Assembly (NCBI RefSeq): GCF_022539665.2 | Contig: NC_081334.1 | Location: 2,976,001-3,040,000, forward strand | Length of the DNA: 64,000 nucleotides | Direction of reading: 5' to 3' | Source of the DNA: Daphnia carinata | Taxonomy: Eukaryota | In this document: one piece after another, positions 12,636-27,180 of the stretch | How the letters are laid out: each line of letters starts with the position of its first letter | How positions within the stretch are numbered: the first letter of the stretch is position 1 | The notes under the pieces: generated by a model | Databases searched by the model: none | The model's input: the letters and a program-made list of their open reading frames with translations, nothing else | Told to the model about the DNA's origin: nothing | Made by a program: the position numbers and the translations under genes

Positions 12636-15600
12636 ATGTCTCGTAAGTTGCCATTAATTATTGTTTTGTTTGAACTGTTAAATGAATTGATTTTCGTTTA
12701 CCCTTTATCCTAGATTGCAACCTTGGTAGCCGTCAAATGACTTTGTTCCTTTGTTCAATTTACGTGTTTTGCTTAACGCAACTCGGTTCAAGTTTCAACA
12801 TCGATACGATCCGTCCTCTCGTTTATGAAGATCCAGCTGCCATACAGAATGCAAGAGAATCCTATTTCGGCTACTCGTTGCAATTCCTGTTCAATCAAAA
12901 GGACAATGCCTACAATTCGGCTAAATGGTGCATACATTCATTCAAAAATCACGCACGTAGTTTATGTTCAAAAGTAAATTTACCTTTCATACGCAGGTTG
13001 TTGGTTGGGGCTCCTAGAGCCAATTCCACTTTCCCTAGTCTTGCCAACATAACAGAACCAGGTCAAGTCTATCGTTGTGTTCTCGGAAAGCCCGATCGTG
13101 ATCGATGCCAACCGTTGATCATTGAACGTGAAGGTAATTACAAGCAATTCTGTTGAAAATTGAAACAGTTTACATTAACAACCTAAAATTGCAGCATCAC
13201 AGAACAATCGCGATAAATTTTACAGGGATCGAAAGGATTACGGATGGTTAGGTGGTGCCATGTCCGTCAACAGTCCGTCAACTGGCCGCGTAGCTGTAAG
13301 CATAAATTGAATTTGATCAAATTATGGAGATCTGTGATGATCCGTTTCCGTAAAAATTTAGGTTTGCGGATATCGCTGGTCAAACAGACGACTGTCCACC
13401 GAACATTACATGAACGGTGTCTGTTACTGGAGTGGTCATCAAGTTTCGGAGAAGGAGGATTTTGTTAAAGTTCTTCCCATTGTTGCACAAGGTAAAGCAC
13501 AACAGTTTGTAATTATTAATTGGATTGGTTAAACATTTTGCAATTTTACTAGATCAGCAAGTGATTGGAACCAATGGAAATGGTACATATAACTATGCTT
13601 ACGGACAATCTGGTTTCTCCGTTCACATGGTGCTTAAACAGGATCAATCAGTAAGCAATTATTTTTACCAAAAGAGATGTGTTGGTAACAGTTGCTGTAT
13701 TATCTTTTGTAAAGGAAGAAATGATTATTGGGGCCCCGGGAGTTTTCAAATGGACCGGAGCTGTCGTACGTGTCACTGATTACCTTCCAAACAGTTTGTC
13801 TGGTGTGCCCAGCCGGAAAAAAAGGCAGGATAAACAAGACATTATCGAATTTGGCGAGACAACAGTATCGGCGTCGGCCAAGATAAACCGACTGGAGCCT
13901 AATGATTATTTCGGTTCATCTTTTGAAAAATAACTTCTGCACAAATTCAAAGAATTAATAATAATTCAATGGATATTCACGCAGGTTATTCGGTTCATTC
14001 TGGAATCTTTTTCAGCGATGGAAAATTGTTGTACGTCTCGGGAGCACCGCGTGCTGCTCAAATGCAGGGCAAAGTATTTCATTATTTAATTTGTTACATA
14101 CATATTTAAGTGAATAATGAATTGTCCTTTTTGTTAGGTGTTGATATTCGATTTTCTTCAGGGTGGAAAAGATTCCCAGCTTAACGTTCGTTTAGAATTA
14201 AATGGTACTCAACTGGGTGAATATTTCGGTGCTTCCGTCCTGGCGGTTGATTTGACTGGGGATGGAAAATCCGAGTTACTGGTAGGGGCTCCGCAACACA
14301 GCCTCCGACCCGAAATGGCGGATCGAACTGGAGATGAAGGCAAGGTTTATTTCTATCTTAATCGGAACGGTAATTTGCAGAAACCGCAAGCTCTGTACGG
14401 CAGTAAAGCTAGGGATGCCCGTTTCGGTACAGCAATGGCTTCTGCGGGTGACATCAATCTCGATGGATTCAATGGTAAATCCGGTGTTTCCGAATTCAAA
14501 GAAATGGAATATTATCTTACACATTGAAACTTAACACGCAGATGTCGTAATCGGAGCTCCATATGAGAATGACAGAGGAGCTGTTTACCTTTATCTTGGT
14601 GGGATGAACGATATTCATCTTCATCCCGCAACCGGATATTGGCAACGCATTGCTGCCGCGGACTTTGTTTTCCCACTGAATAACCTTAGAGGGTTCGGTA
14701 TCAGTCTTGTCGCGGCAGATATGGATGGCAACAGTTATCCAGGTAGAGTCTATTGTTTATTGCATAATAAATTTCCTTCTAAAACTGTTTTCATTATTTC
14801 AAGATCTTGCGGTGGGCAGTTTTCTTTCCGGCCACGCGCTAGTGTTCCGCTCAAGTCCCGTAATTCAACTCGCTTTGACAATGAAAGTCAATAATGGCGA
14901 ACTGATTGACCCGGATGGAGGGTCTGTGATGCTAAGTGTTTGCTCCTCCTTTGAGTCCAAATTCAGCGTTCCAGAGATCTGTACTACAATTACCAATTTC
15001 CTGTTTGTTGCACGTTCACATTTTAATTGTTTATCATAGGTGTCGGTTACACGTTTCATTTTGATGCTGAGTACATCAACCAACCCCGATTGATTTTGAA
15101 TGTGGATGGTAACCAACAACAACCGTTTAACTACACAGGTATCTTGACATCCGGATCTCCATCTTGTCGAAAATTTACACTCACCGTAGCGGTATGTAAT
15201 AATAGCACTTCATTTCCTGTATCAACCTTTTAATTTGTGTTTTTTTAATGTGCCAAACAGAACACGCCGTATTACAGCCAGGACTTTTCGCGGCCGGCAA
15301 TCTTTCGCTTAACGGCAATGTTATTGAAAAATGTCCGCCCTTTGAATAATACGTGTCGTCCAATGACGAATCAGTCCTTGACAAAAGATCCAGCTGGATC
15401 GATGCGCATCCTTATTACCGGCGGTGCCGGTAGCAGGAACAACGGTACGCCTTTCAATCACGATTTCATTAAACTTATTTTCTTTTATCGATTTTTTTTT
15501 TTTTTATATAACAGAACAGGATACATTCTGTGCTACTTGTCCTGTTGTAGACGAAACACAAAGAAGTTACGTCGAGAGTTCTGCTGCTTTTACTTCCGAA

Positions 15601-17480
15601 TGCGGTTCCGACAACATCTGTCAGGAAGACTTGGAAGTCGAAGCGAATTTCATTTCCCATAGCAAGTCAGTATAGATGTGATTCCGATCTCTGGATGTCC
15701 ACCGAGTAATTAAGCCTCTATTTTTTCTCCAGGGAGTTTGTAGTCGGATCAAGAAAGACGCTTTCATTTGAAGTGAGATTGATAAATCATGGAGAGCCTT
15801 CTTATCTGACGACGATAGAGATCCAGCTGCCCATCTACACCAATCTGAAACGCACTCCGGCTGATTTGTGTCTAAAGCCGAGTATTGGCTTTTCGGACGA
15901 ATTGATCTATTCCTGTCAGTTGCGCGTAAACCCACTTAAACGGGCCAAAGCTGTACGTCAAATACCCTTTACTTCGTTAACAAATAACTCATTTAATTTT
16001 GTAATCGACAGGAAAAGATGGAGTTTGAAATAGACATGACATCGATTGCCAGTGGTGGAAGTCATGATTTGACCGTTGTCGTTGAAGCTAGGATGAATAC
16101 GGTTGCAGCCATGGGCCGGCGACCACGATTCAATTTGACGATGCCATTGAAAGCTGCCATTGATTTGGAAATCATGGGGTAGGAGAATCAAAAGAATTGA
16201 TTTAAGAAATAAGAAGTAATTTGTTCTTGGCAGCAATTCGATTGAGGAACAGCAAACTTACCAGCGACCCAACGACACAACTGTGACAATAGTGAGAGAG
16301 CGTCTAACTTTCAAGCATCTCTATGAGGTATGTAATCAATAATTTAACAGTGCAATCCTTTTCTTTCCTTATTTCGAAGTTGAAATTTAGGTGAGAAATG
16401 TTTTACCAAGTCCTGCCATGGTAGACATAGAAGTTCTTGTTCCTGTGAGCGTTTTGAGTAAGCCAGGAGTTACCTTATATCTCGTCGAACTTGCTACCAC
16501 ATCTGTTGACGTTAGAACCAGCATTTTTTTTTAAGAATTGAAATGGATTGACGTCACGAGTTAAATTCAATGTTTCCAGGCAACACAAAAGGGTGGGCAG
16601 AGCAACAGCTTGTGCCATTTAAAGTATAACTCAGACCAATCGATGGACCTACAAGGATTCCCCGAATCCATTAGTTCCAACCCAATTGTTAAAAGTATTT
16701 GTACTCAAATCGATTTCACTTTTGAATTTTTCAAGCAATTCTATTGTATAAGGTCAACCGGTCTTCAAGTTTGCACAAGCTAATCGAACGACGTTCATCG
16801 ATTGTTTCAACACTAAAGGCGTCAGTTGCGTTAAATACGTTTGTTCGGTATCTGGCACGCTCTCTCCCGAATCGCCCGTTATGGTTTCTTTGACTGGAAC
16901 TCTTATACTACAAAATATCAGTATACAGTTTTATTTATAATGTAGTATGGCTGGCAATCTAATTCTCATTTTCTTTCTCAGTTTTGTTTGCGGAGAGAAA
17001 AGATGTTTTCATCTTGTCCAGTGCGGCACGTGTTACCATTCGACAACCGGCTAATATTCAACAGCCCTTCGGTCACAAGTTTGTTGCTATTTTTCATACC
17101 ATTTTGCTATTTTTAGCATCAAGATTAAATTCCTCGTAAATGTTTGAATTCCAAAGACCAGATATTGCAATCGCTTCGACGCATTTCCTTCCGCCAGGAC
17201 CGCCAGGAACGTTAGGCGTTGCCTCATGGATCATCGTCCTGGCTGTTCTTGCTGGTATTGCCCTTTTAAGTTTAATGGTCTTCGGATTGTATAAGGTAAT
17301 TATAAGAAGCAAATGCTTTATTAAGTGTTTAATGGTACTTTATCGATACGGCATTGCTTGACGCAGATGGGATTCTTCAAGCGGCAAAGATATCCGCAAG
17401 ACGGGCTAGTGGACGACGGTGCGACGCCAGGAGACGGGAATAGCGAGGACATGGATAATGAACCGCAACGGAACGCGTGA
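12636..17480 (+). CDS. Integrin alpha subunit, multi-exon
   Basis: Signal peptide followed by FNID; FG-GAP repeats (YFGYS, LLVGAP, YFGASV..DLTGDGKSELLVGAP, DINLDGFNDVVIGAPYE); CGSDNICQEDL; TM segment WIIVLAVLAGIALLSLMVFGLYK|MGFFKR. The start could instead be the ATG at 12737. Confidence 0.95.
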
Positions 17481-18505
17481 GGAACACAGTAGCCCATTAG
17501 ACGTAAAATTTGTTTGCATTTTAAATCATTTACTTTATAAAAAATTTTAAAGCATGGACAAGATAAAAAATCTGATTGATATGTTCATCTCGCCATTGTT
17601 ATCAAAAACAGTAAAAATGATCATATCTTCCCTTTTAACATTTTTAATAATGACGAATTCGATTTCACGGAACGTTTTCACGGTAAAAATGGTAAAGGTT
17701 GTTTTGTCTTGAGATCTTTGCTAGTACCGTTCGGCTTGTTATTCGAAAAAGCTTTGAACGGTGTAGGATTGATCATGCACGCATCTATCTTCGCCAAGTA
17801 GTGAAACCCTTTTGAATATTTTAATAGATAACGATGCGTTGATGAAATTGACGCTGCCTGGCGCGCAGAAAATAACAAGATTAATGCGTTCCAAGGCGGA
17901 TGGGATCAGGTATTAAAAATATTTGTGATGCCTTAGATTTTTCATTATTCATTCTTGCCTTATGCTTTAACGACTTGGCCTGATAAGAGGTTTTTGAAGC
18001 AGGAAAGAAAAATTGAGAAACAAGAGAGTGTCAACGAGGCTGATGATCAGCTACTCCCGTCAGATATTAATCCAAACCTCATGGTTTCAATACCGGGGTT
18101 TATTGTGGAGACACGTGCCAATGACATAGTTCGCTAGAAAATTCCGGCAAATAAGAACAGTGCTGGTTTGAAATTAATCATCAATCACACCCTGCGATTG
18201 AGCAAGCAACTTGTTTTACCTGGAGGTTAAATAATTTCCCCTTTGCAACGAAAAACCGTAATCCTTTATGAATAGAAAAAAAAAAGGAGACTATCTTGAT
18301 TATTAAATTGCCGTTAGATTGATCGTTTAAAGTGACACGTCGGCGCATGTGCTAGCCATCTAAACTGCACCGTGACCCTCAACATCTTTTTTCTTTTTTT
18401 CAATTGCACAGAATGCGTGGATCAACAGACCACATTGTCCACACCAAAAGGGTACGATTCGATGAGGAGGTCGTAGTCGTCCACATTCCCTAGCCGTCAG
18501 TGGAA

Positions 18506-19635
18506 ATGAGCAGCAACAGTAGCAGCGATTTCGGCTGGGCAAACAACACCAGCATAGACGATTTCATCATTCCGCAGTTACCGAGTCGCTTCCTTCTGAT
18601 TGCTCGAATCGTTTTTGTCTGTTGCGGTTTAACATCGAATCTGATTGTTTTATTTGTTTTCGCTAAATGTCGACGACTGCGCCATCCGAGACATACCTGC
18701 TGGATTGCCGTTACGGTAGTCGCAATTTTTGTTCACCTGTTGGCCGTCATCGAAATGTTGTCCGCCGCTTATCCGACACGACCGGCTTACACATTTCTGG
18801 TCTTCTTTAAAGGCACTCCTTTCGCTTTCTTCTCTCTAGGTTACACAATTATCGCCGTCGAGCGCTACGTGGCCGTCTCGTTTTACTTGTGGTAAAGCAA
18901 CTCAGCAAGTTACAAAGCACGTCTTCCTTTCTAAAATTGTTTTCGTTTAATAGGCACAAGGATAACGTGACCAATCGCATCGTTGTCATGTCCTTCATTT
19001 TAATTGGTGCCATCGTTTTGGTGTGTTTAGTTATCGCTAATTGTACGGAGAAAACAACGTCGTATTTCATGCCAGGAAATGGCGTAGCTTCGTGGAAATT
19101 GATGCTGTTAGGCATAACAGTGATGGCTTCATCATTGATTGGTATCGTTTTGCAAGTGCTGATCTACAATCACGTCAAACAACTCTACCGAGCCCATCCA
19201 AATCTGAGGCGAACAAACAGGCATATTTTGCAAGTAAGATACCAGCACACAAATCGAGCCCAGCCGGAATTGACGAAAGAAATGGCAACTGATTCCAAGT
19301 GTGTAGTGACTACGGCATCACAGCAGTACAAATCGACATTTAAAAAGTCACAAGCCAGTCGTCTTGATTTGGAAGCTGGATTCTATTATTTCGTTATCTC
19401 TCTTCCGGTGCTCATTAGCAATGGAACTGTTGGGATATTCCTAACGTTCAACTACTTCTGCAGCCAAACGAAACTTGCAAACGTGTGTCATGGATGGATG
19501 ACCATATTGCTGTACATTCGCACAATTCAGCTGTTGATTACTGCGTGCAATCCTCTTGTCTATTTTGCATTGAGTTCTGAATTCCGATCGGCTTGTCGGA
19601 GTCGATGCACGATCAACAGGCAAACTAAAACATGA
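18506..19635 (+). CDS. Divergent rhodopsin-like (class A) 7TM receptor, 2 exons (intron ~18892-18953)
   Basis: N-terminal N-glycosylation sites, SN in TM1, RRLRHP loop, AVERYVAV (DRY-like), NPLVYFALSSEFR (NPxxY plus helix 8), seven hydrophobic segments. Confidence 0.8.
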
Positions 19636-22600
19636 ATAGGATTCAAAGGCTTACTTCATCGATTTCCCTGCCAACAAAGGAAGAAATCGTTAATTATACA
19701 AAGGCACATCAGTATAATCCATGAGACTGCCCACGTACGGTAACCAAGACGATGTCGATCTCCTTTATCCAAGGATTTTTTGTTCAAGACGACAGTTTGG
19801 AAAACGTGAGAACTAAAAACGTGGGAAGACGTTAATTAATAACAAATCGGATAATGGCGATGCTGTGTTTCTGCTTCCTGCGAAATATGAAGATGTCTGT
19901 AAATGCTACAATTCGATGGGCATATTTTGTGTGGAACTAAGACGTGTTAAGACGGAGCGTAGAAAAACATGTTTTTCCTTTTTTCTCTTCTCACGTCATT
20001 ATCGTCATGGCTACAGCAGTTGGGTGACGGAGGATACAAACTTGCAGTATGCCTCTATCCACCTGGAAAATATGGCTGGAGTCTGTTAAAATTTACTCTG
20101 GCGTACTTGGTCCTTTTCATAGCAAAAGAAAACTTCAGATCACGATGATTTAAAAAAAGAGAGATCGTTCACATATTGTCATGAATACCAGACAAGTAAA
20201 AAGGTTTGCCCGGGTGCCACAACAACGACGAAAAAATGTACCAAATATCAAAAGAAGGAGTAGTCTAATATTACATTTGTTTTCTCTTTATTCCGGTGTC
20301 TATTTCCGAAGAGGTGCTGATGGAATTGAATTCTCTTCGGAAAAAAAGGTTATGGAGAAACAGGTCTAATGAAGTAAAGGGGAAAAGGACTCTGGATAGC
20401 AGAAATGGAAGAATGGAAAACAAATTTGTTTTAAGCAGGAAAACTGGCACGACTCACATCTTCATAACAACCGACATTTGGAGTATGGAACCGTCAAAGG
20501 GAAAAGAAGAGGTTTCCTAGCAACGTTTAACAGCCGTGCTCTCAATAGACAAGCATTAAAAGCCAATGGATACGAATTCAATCAAGCAGAAATTCCCAAT
20601 TGAGTTTCCTTTATCCGTGTATAAAATTGATCAACAGTTTTCATTACCAAATAGACGAAAACGCGAGAACTTGACCTTTTGTTTTTGGTCTTTCGACTAT
20701 TTGGTGGCAAGTAAACAATGAAATGCAATCAATGACAAAGTATTGCACTTTTATTTTTACTAAATTTTGAATAAGAGAACTTTTCACTGAAAATTAATCG
20801 AAAACAAGTTCTGCAGGAATTTAATCCGCCTCTCACCCCGTATTCGTGGTTGTCGATCAATACATACGTGAATTTTTTGAATTAACAGGATATAGCTCAA
20901 ACGAGAAAATCCTGAAAAACAACGTAAATCAGTCGATTTCAATGACAGTTTTCCCTGTCCTCTATAGTATTCTATATTTGTATTTGAAAATGATACTGCA
21001 ACGGTTTCATTCAATTCAGAGGACGACATGGATTATTTAGAATTATTTCTTATTTCGTTAAGTTTTCGTTTCTTGATCGGAAAAAAGGGTTTTATTGTTT
21101 CAGTAATAGTCCGTTAGATGGAAAGCGGAACTGCGTGCGACGTTATGACTCAGCAAGTTCATCCAGAAAAGTTGTTTACAAAGAAGCCTGTATCGAATGT
21201 GTACTACAATACGTGCAAAGAAAGTGCTGTAAAGATGAAACGCAATGATCCCGTGTTCCCGGGAGTCAATTACAGTTTGAGAAGTCTACTGGAGAGCTCG
21301 GATATACTCCAAAATGCACCGAATTTCAGTAAGTCTTATTTTAAAAATTTGTTGAGGCTACTTTTGTTTTTGTATTGCTCATAATATTTTTCGGTTACCT
21401 CGGCCCTTGGAACAAACGGCCATCTTGAATTTGATTTATAATGAAATCTTTTTTTTTTTTTAATTTATACATTCCTCGTGTCCCTTTTTGAAGACCTACA
21501 AGTGTGTGTTAACTGAACATGGATTGACTCATCGTTTCTCAGAGGCATTTTCAGAGGATGGATAGAGAAGCTGATGCCTGATTACTTGTTACCATGCACT
21601 GTTTTTCTTCCCATCAGTACACTCTCATTAAAGTTATTTTGCTTTGTGAAAAAAGGAAAGTTTCTGTAGCCATGTCTTTGATCTGCCTTTGGACTGTCAT
21701 AGTCAACTGATTGGGGACAAATTCAAGCAGACTATCATACCTTTCCAACATAGTTAAACAATCACTGGGTGCACCTGTATCTACAGTTGTATTTCCATTT
21801 GAGATGCTGCCAAGTGGAGCGGTGTATGGCAGAACATGCAAGTCATGCTGTTCTCTGCCTTATCTTGCTTGGGCTGTGCCCTTCAACCAAGCCAATGGGA
21901 TGAATTGGAGTATCTTAATTATTTCAACCTGATAGAATCGCTCGATATTTGTCTGGCGCGTGCATCGCCACATTACACATGGTTATCAGCTGGTTTCCCA
22001 TCTGTTAAGTCGTTTATGACAATCAACGAAAGAGTTCGCTCACGTGGACTGCCTCGTGTTATCTCGCTTGGAACAGTTTCTTTTCTCTCGGACAAACAAA
22101 CCAATTTAATTTACTCGCCTGCCATTCATAGGGGGGAGCAACTCTCCGCCCATTTTTCCAGTTTTATTTTATATCAGTGCTAGACTTTCAGGATATTGTA
22201 ATGCGTCGTGACTAGTTTGACTACTCATTAGTTATCGTCAGTCGTCTGTTCTTTCTTCGCGTCTCTTTTGAGATTCGTCAAACAATTTTATCGATTTGCT
22301 ACATAAAACCTATTACTAGTCCCCGAGTGATCTTACTGTTTCGGCACGTCTGGGTTTTCTATCTTTTGCCCACTTGACGAGATCCATTTCAGTCCCACCG
22401 ACATTGTCAGGCTTCTCGTCTTCCACGTTTTGCGCAGTTTTTTTTTTTTTTTTTAAAGAAAAACTTGCCCATTTTTTTCTCCTCTTTTTCTTTTTTCATA
22501 TTTTTTTCTTGTTGAAGTGATCCGAACCGAACCGTATTGCACACGCGCTTTTTCCAACAGATTCAACAAGCCCTCTGACGGCTCCTCCCTGTATGTCAGA

Positions 22601-22763
22601 GGGTTGAGTTGCTGCGCACCTTCAACCACCCACCTACCTGCTCCCACTGTTTGTCCTTGCGAGGAGGAATTGCGACATCTTGAACTTGCAGTTGTTATAT
22701 TTCCCCATCTAACCGACCTGTGCGACTTCAGTGACAATTCAACTTGACGACAAGTCGGGTGTA

Positions 22764-25109
22764 ATGTCGGTTGACCCGTCTCCTGCTGGCTTTAGCCAGT
22801 ATCAAGCAGCTACCGTTGCATCTACTCAGTGGAATAACTGGGCTAATGTGATAGCCAACACTAATAGTTCGCCAGCGTTTCATGCGGCAATCGCCGCCCA
22901 ACGAGGAGGTTACAATCAGCATCAGTTTTATTCGCAATCGGTACCGTCTTGTACCGTTCCAAGTGCTCCGTGGACCCAACAATCATGGGGCTCGTGGGTT
23001 CATCAGCCGCTTGCTCAGCATACTCGATTCCAACAACCCATAGCGTCGCAATTTCCCGGGCTTTCTCCCCAAATGGTTCACGGTCCGTTTCCGTGTCTTA
23101 GTGTTTAGATTGCTTTCATCTGATCGTATGTGCCATCATTTAGAACGTTTTTTCTTATATTTTTTTAATAGACCGGATAAATACTAATGCGCCTGTTGCT
23201 TCGCCGAACACCAAAACTAACCCATCTGCAGCATCCTTGATGACCACATCGCTGACGCCCAATAACACAGAAAATGATGAAAAGAAGAAAGAAGAACCCG
23301 ATGATGTCTGGGGCTATCTGGAAGCCCAGGCGTCATTCCTGGGTCCTTCACTCTGGGATAATGGCGATCTCAAGGTTCGTTTCAGTTCTTCATTTCTTAT
23401 AGATTTCTTGCCTGTTGCCTCTCTTCCTGCCTATCGTTGCTCCAGTTTTTAAGTTTTCAGTTTAGACTTTATGTTATGGGTGGGAAAGAAGAAAATGGAA
23501 CATGTTTCTCCCGTCACTGGATCTGCGTCCGGCATTTGTAATAAATCCATCTTGGGGCTTTCACGCCCACGAATGGAAAACGTTTTGGTTTAAACATTTC
23601 AGCGTCTCGCAAGCCATTCGGCCGATGCCAGATGACGTCAAAGAAAAATAGATGCCTTTCAATTTTTCCCAATTTCTTCTTGGCTTCTCGAACGAGAGAA
23701 GTTACACTGGCAGCGAAAAACTATACGCAGCCAAAGTCCCAAACAAAAAAAAAAGCCGGTTGCCGAGAAATAGGAAGCCTTGCATTCAGCTTTTATTCAA
23801 TTAGTTTGGATCTCAAGTCTCACGCTATTCCCTCTCTGTGTCGATTGAATTTCGACACTAATGTATGCTTTCTATCCCATATCTATACTTCTTCCTCGTT
23901 TGCGTTTTTTTTTCCCGACTTTAAAGTAGCAAAAAAAGATGGCAACCAAACGATAAGTGACTCGCAAGATTTAGGAAATGGATGATGAATTTTTCAGATG
24001 GAATACATGGATCTGGACGAGTTTCTATCAGAAAATGGAATCCCTTTAGCTGAAGGACATGGGCGTTCGCCACCCTCAAAGGGTGTTCCTTCACCTCGGT
24101 CGGTGGCTAGCGCCGATGGCAGCTCTGGATCCGGATTGGTTCGCAACCCGTTGCCATCCAGTGGCAACGAAAGCTCCGACAGTAATAAAGCAGGCAGTTC
24201 CCTTGATGCTTCACTAGATTATCAGAGGTTGGTTGTCCTCCTAATCTTATTTTTGAATATCAAAACAAAGAGATAGTGTTTCAGTTGAAATTGTAAATTA
24301 ATTTTTTCTGGTAGTAGCATAAGTCCAGTAGCCGAGCAGAGAGATGACGAATGCAGCAACGCCTCCGAATCTTCAAATTCCACTGAATTGGAGACAGTTG
24401 CGCCGTCGTCTCTAGAGAAGGTGCGGCCACCTGTGGCTAAACGCAAGCGCAGCGCAGTTTCGACCTCTTCGTCCTCTAATGACAACTCTTCTGATGATGG
24501 TAGCCGCCTGGGAAATGAAATTCAAATAATTAAAATGTCCCCTTAGTGACAGACATTTTTAATTAATAGGTTCCTATGTACCGGGACAGGAAGACTTCGA
24601 TCCCAAGAGTCGCCAATTTTCTCCGGAAGAGCTACGCCCTCAGCCGATGTCTAAGAAGTCAAAGAAGCAGGTAATAAGTGTCTTTCTACAAGTTGTAACA
24701 AGTTATGCTTACAACAAGTTGATTTCCTAGTACGTCCCGGATGACATGAAGGACGATAAGTATTGGGCGAGACGTCGCAAGAACAATATGGCGGCGAAAC
24801 GATCGCGTGACGCACGTCGCGTCAAGGAGAATCAGATCGCTATGCGGGCGGCATTCCTCGAGAAGGAGGTAGTGAGTGCCTTGTTCCAATTAAATAAGTT
24901 TTCTTCGAAAACAGTTAGCATGAACTTTTTTTTCCCGAGTCTTCCTTTTGGTTCTGATTTTTCTGGTTTCCGCTATTGTGTACGTTTTTATTTTTCCTCG
25001 TCGTTCTTTGCAGAATGCCGTCCTAAAGGCTGAGCTGGACAAGATGACCAAACTGTATACCGCCGCGCTCAAGCGTTTGGAACAATACGAGAAACCAAGC
25101 AAGAAGTGA
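22764..25109 (+). CDS. Pdp1: PAR-domain bZIP transcription factor (Pdp1/HLF/TEF/DBP family), multi-exon
   Basis: [41 protein letters not shown] and [41 protein letters not shown], followed by the zipper. The first coding exon is less certain. Confidence 0.93.
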
Positions 25110-25956
25110 AGAAGAAAAAAACGAGTGCTCTGATTGACCTCTTTATCACCATCAAATTGAAACAGGTCGTGTTGTAGATGTTAAATCCCCTCTTCCGTTC
25201 TTGAAATGACTACCCTTCAATTCCCATTATTTGCAATTTCTTTTCAGAGGTTCACTTATTACCCTTTTCAAATTATAAAATAAGGGTCTTAATTTTTTTT
25301 TTTTCTTGATTGATGGTGATTTTCTGTTGTGAAACTGAACTCCAAGTACAAATTTGTTACCTATATATGGAACCTCTTGGCGTCGATACCCATCATATGA
25401 TAGTCCGCTTTTGAATTGTATAGTCGTTTCGGGAATGGAACTTTAAAACAAAAAAAAAAATTATTGTTATTCTTAGGTTCCCCTTAAAGGCCCTTCAATA
25501 TTACCAGTCTGTCTTATCTTTAGTGTGCAATGGTATCGTTGATCACTGGGAAAACTAACATGTCGTTTCGAGTGATTGTCGCTATTGTCACGGTATATTC
25601 GTCGTGTAACACGTACTTGCTCACCTCCCCTTCCGTCAACGTAGTCGTAGCCGAAACTATAATTTTCTCGAATTTATTCAGTTAGATTTTTAGAGATGGT
25701 ATATAATCGGGTTTATGTAGTTAAAAAAAAAAGGAAAGAAAAAGAAACTTGTTACAATAAACGCGGTTTTATGAAAGAAAATTATCATCGTTTTCCACAA
25801 TTTGCAACACTGTTCTGCATCCAACACTATTTTGCATGCATTTCAAACCAGTACACAAAGTTCCAAAAAATAGTAAGATGATTGTTTCATTGTGAGAACA
25901 GCACACATTGATTGTAAGCAACATTTGGCATTCTGGATTATGTATGGAAACAATTA

Positions 25957-26519
25957 TCAATAGAGGCAAGTTTTCTTCATTATTCTCAAAAATTCATCCT
26001 GGTTCACTTCTCCATCCTTATCTTGGTCAGCTTCCTGGATCATTTCTCTGAGTTCCTCCTCACTGAGATTTTCACCAAGCTCTTCTGCTACACGCTTCAA
26101 GTTCTTGAAGGTAATCTTTCCAGTATTGTCATCATCAAATAAGCAAAAGGCTTTAAAGATCTCTTCTTTGGCTCCTTTGTCTGCAATTTTTTCTGACATG
26201 AGGCTTACAAACTGCTCTAGCGTGATGGAGTCAGATTCATCTTTCACACAGTCACTAATGATCTTTTTTATCTCCTCTCTTCGGGGTTCGAAACCAAGTG
26301 CCCTCATTGCTAGCTGTATGTAGAATCGAACCACAAAATGTTAAGTCTGGAGATAGAGTAACAATATTATCATTTTTATACCTTAAGATTCTGGGATGCA
26401 ATTTTTCCAGTCTTCTCCACATCAAACACCGCAAATGCTTCGTAAATACTATTCACTTGATCGTCACCCAGTTCACCTTTGGCCGGATTAGAACGACGTC
26501 TCGATGGACCAGTAGCCAT
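25957..26519 (-). CDS. Centrin/caltractin (EF-hand), 2 coding exons
   Basis: [44 protein letters not shown] and [25 protein letters not shown] are centrin hallmarks. EF-hands 1 and 2 look degenerate. Confidence 0.93.
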
Positions 26520-27180
26520 TTCCTTTCGTTACAACTCTAACAATGTATGGAAATTAACTAGTTCATTGCACACAAACTGGGCTTACAAATTGCGAAGAAC
26601 TCTACGCGTGCGCCGGTTTTTATCTAGACACCTTCATGCTTACCAGACATAGAGATGCGCGGGATTTCTTCCCCAACGTCAAACTATTTCACTTCTCATA
26701 TCATGTGGGTGTGTTCGGAAAACAACAACAATGGCAGATCACCAAAGTCACGTGACTTATTAAAGCAAACCCAGAAGAAAACTTTCTTTTTCCAAAAAAC
26801 CAGTAAGAAGCACATTCTATATTTTCGGCAGATTTTATACGCAGCCAGACTTGGCTTCAGATTAAAAAACTTCTGACAATTTTCAACGTAACCAATGCAA
26901 CTAGCGCAAACTGGTATGTAAAATCATCAAATGAAGCACATAGTTTTAGTACTCGTTACATGGGTTTGACAGCAGCAATTGGTAACGTGTTTTTTTTTAT
27001 CAAGTGGCGGTTATGGAAAATTTATTGCACTTCTATTAAAACATTAAAGGTAAAAATAACGTTATGAGCCGTTATGAGTCAATGCTGAGACGAGGACCGC
27101 TCGGGCCGGATCGACCTTGCCGTTACGACGGGTAGGATGAGTTCCACAATAAACGACAAATTTTTAGATAAGACGAAAAC

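Noticed and set aside
27080..27140. SECIS or ribozyme in the GC-rich 3' UTR of the secreted-protein gene
   Set aside because: No in-frame UGA in the main ORF, no AUGA/GA core and no hammerhead core; only one short hairpin.
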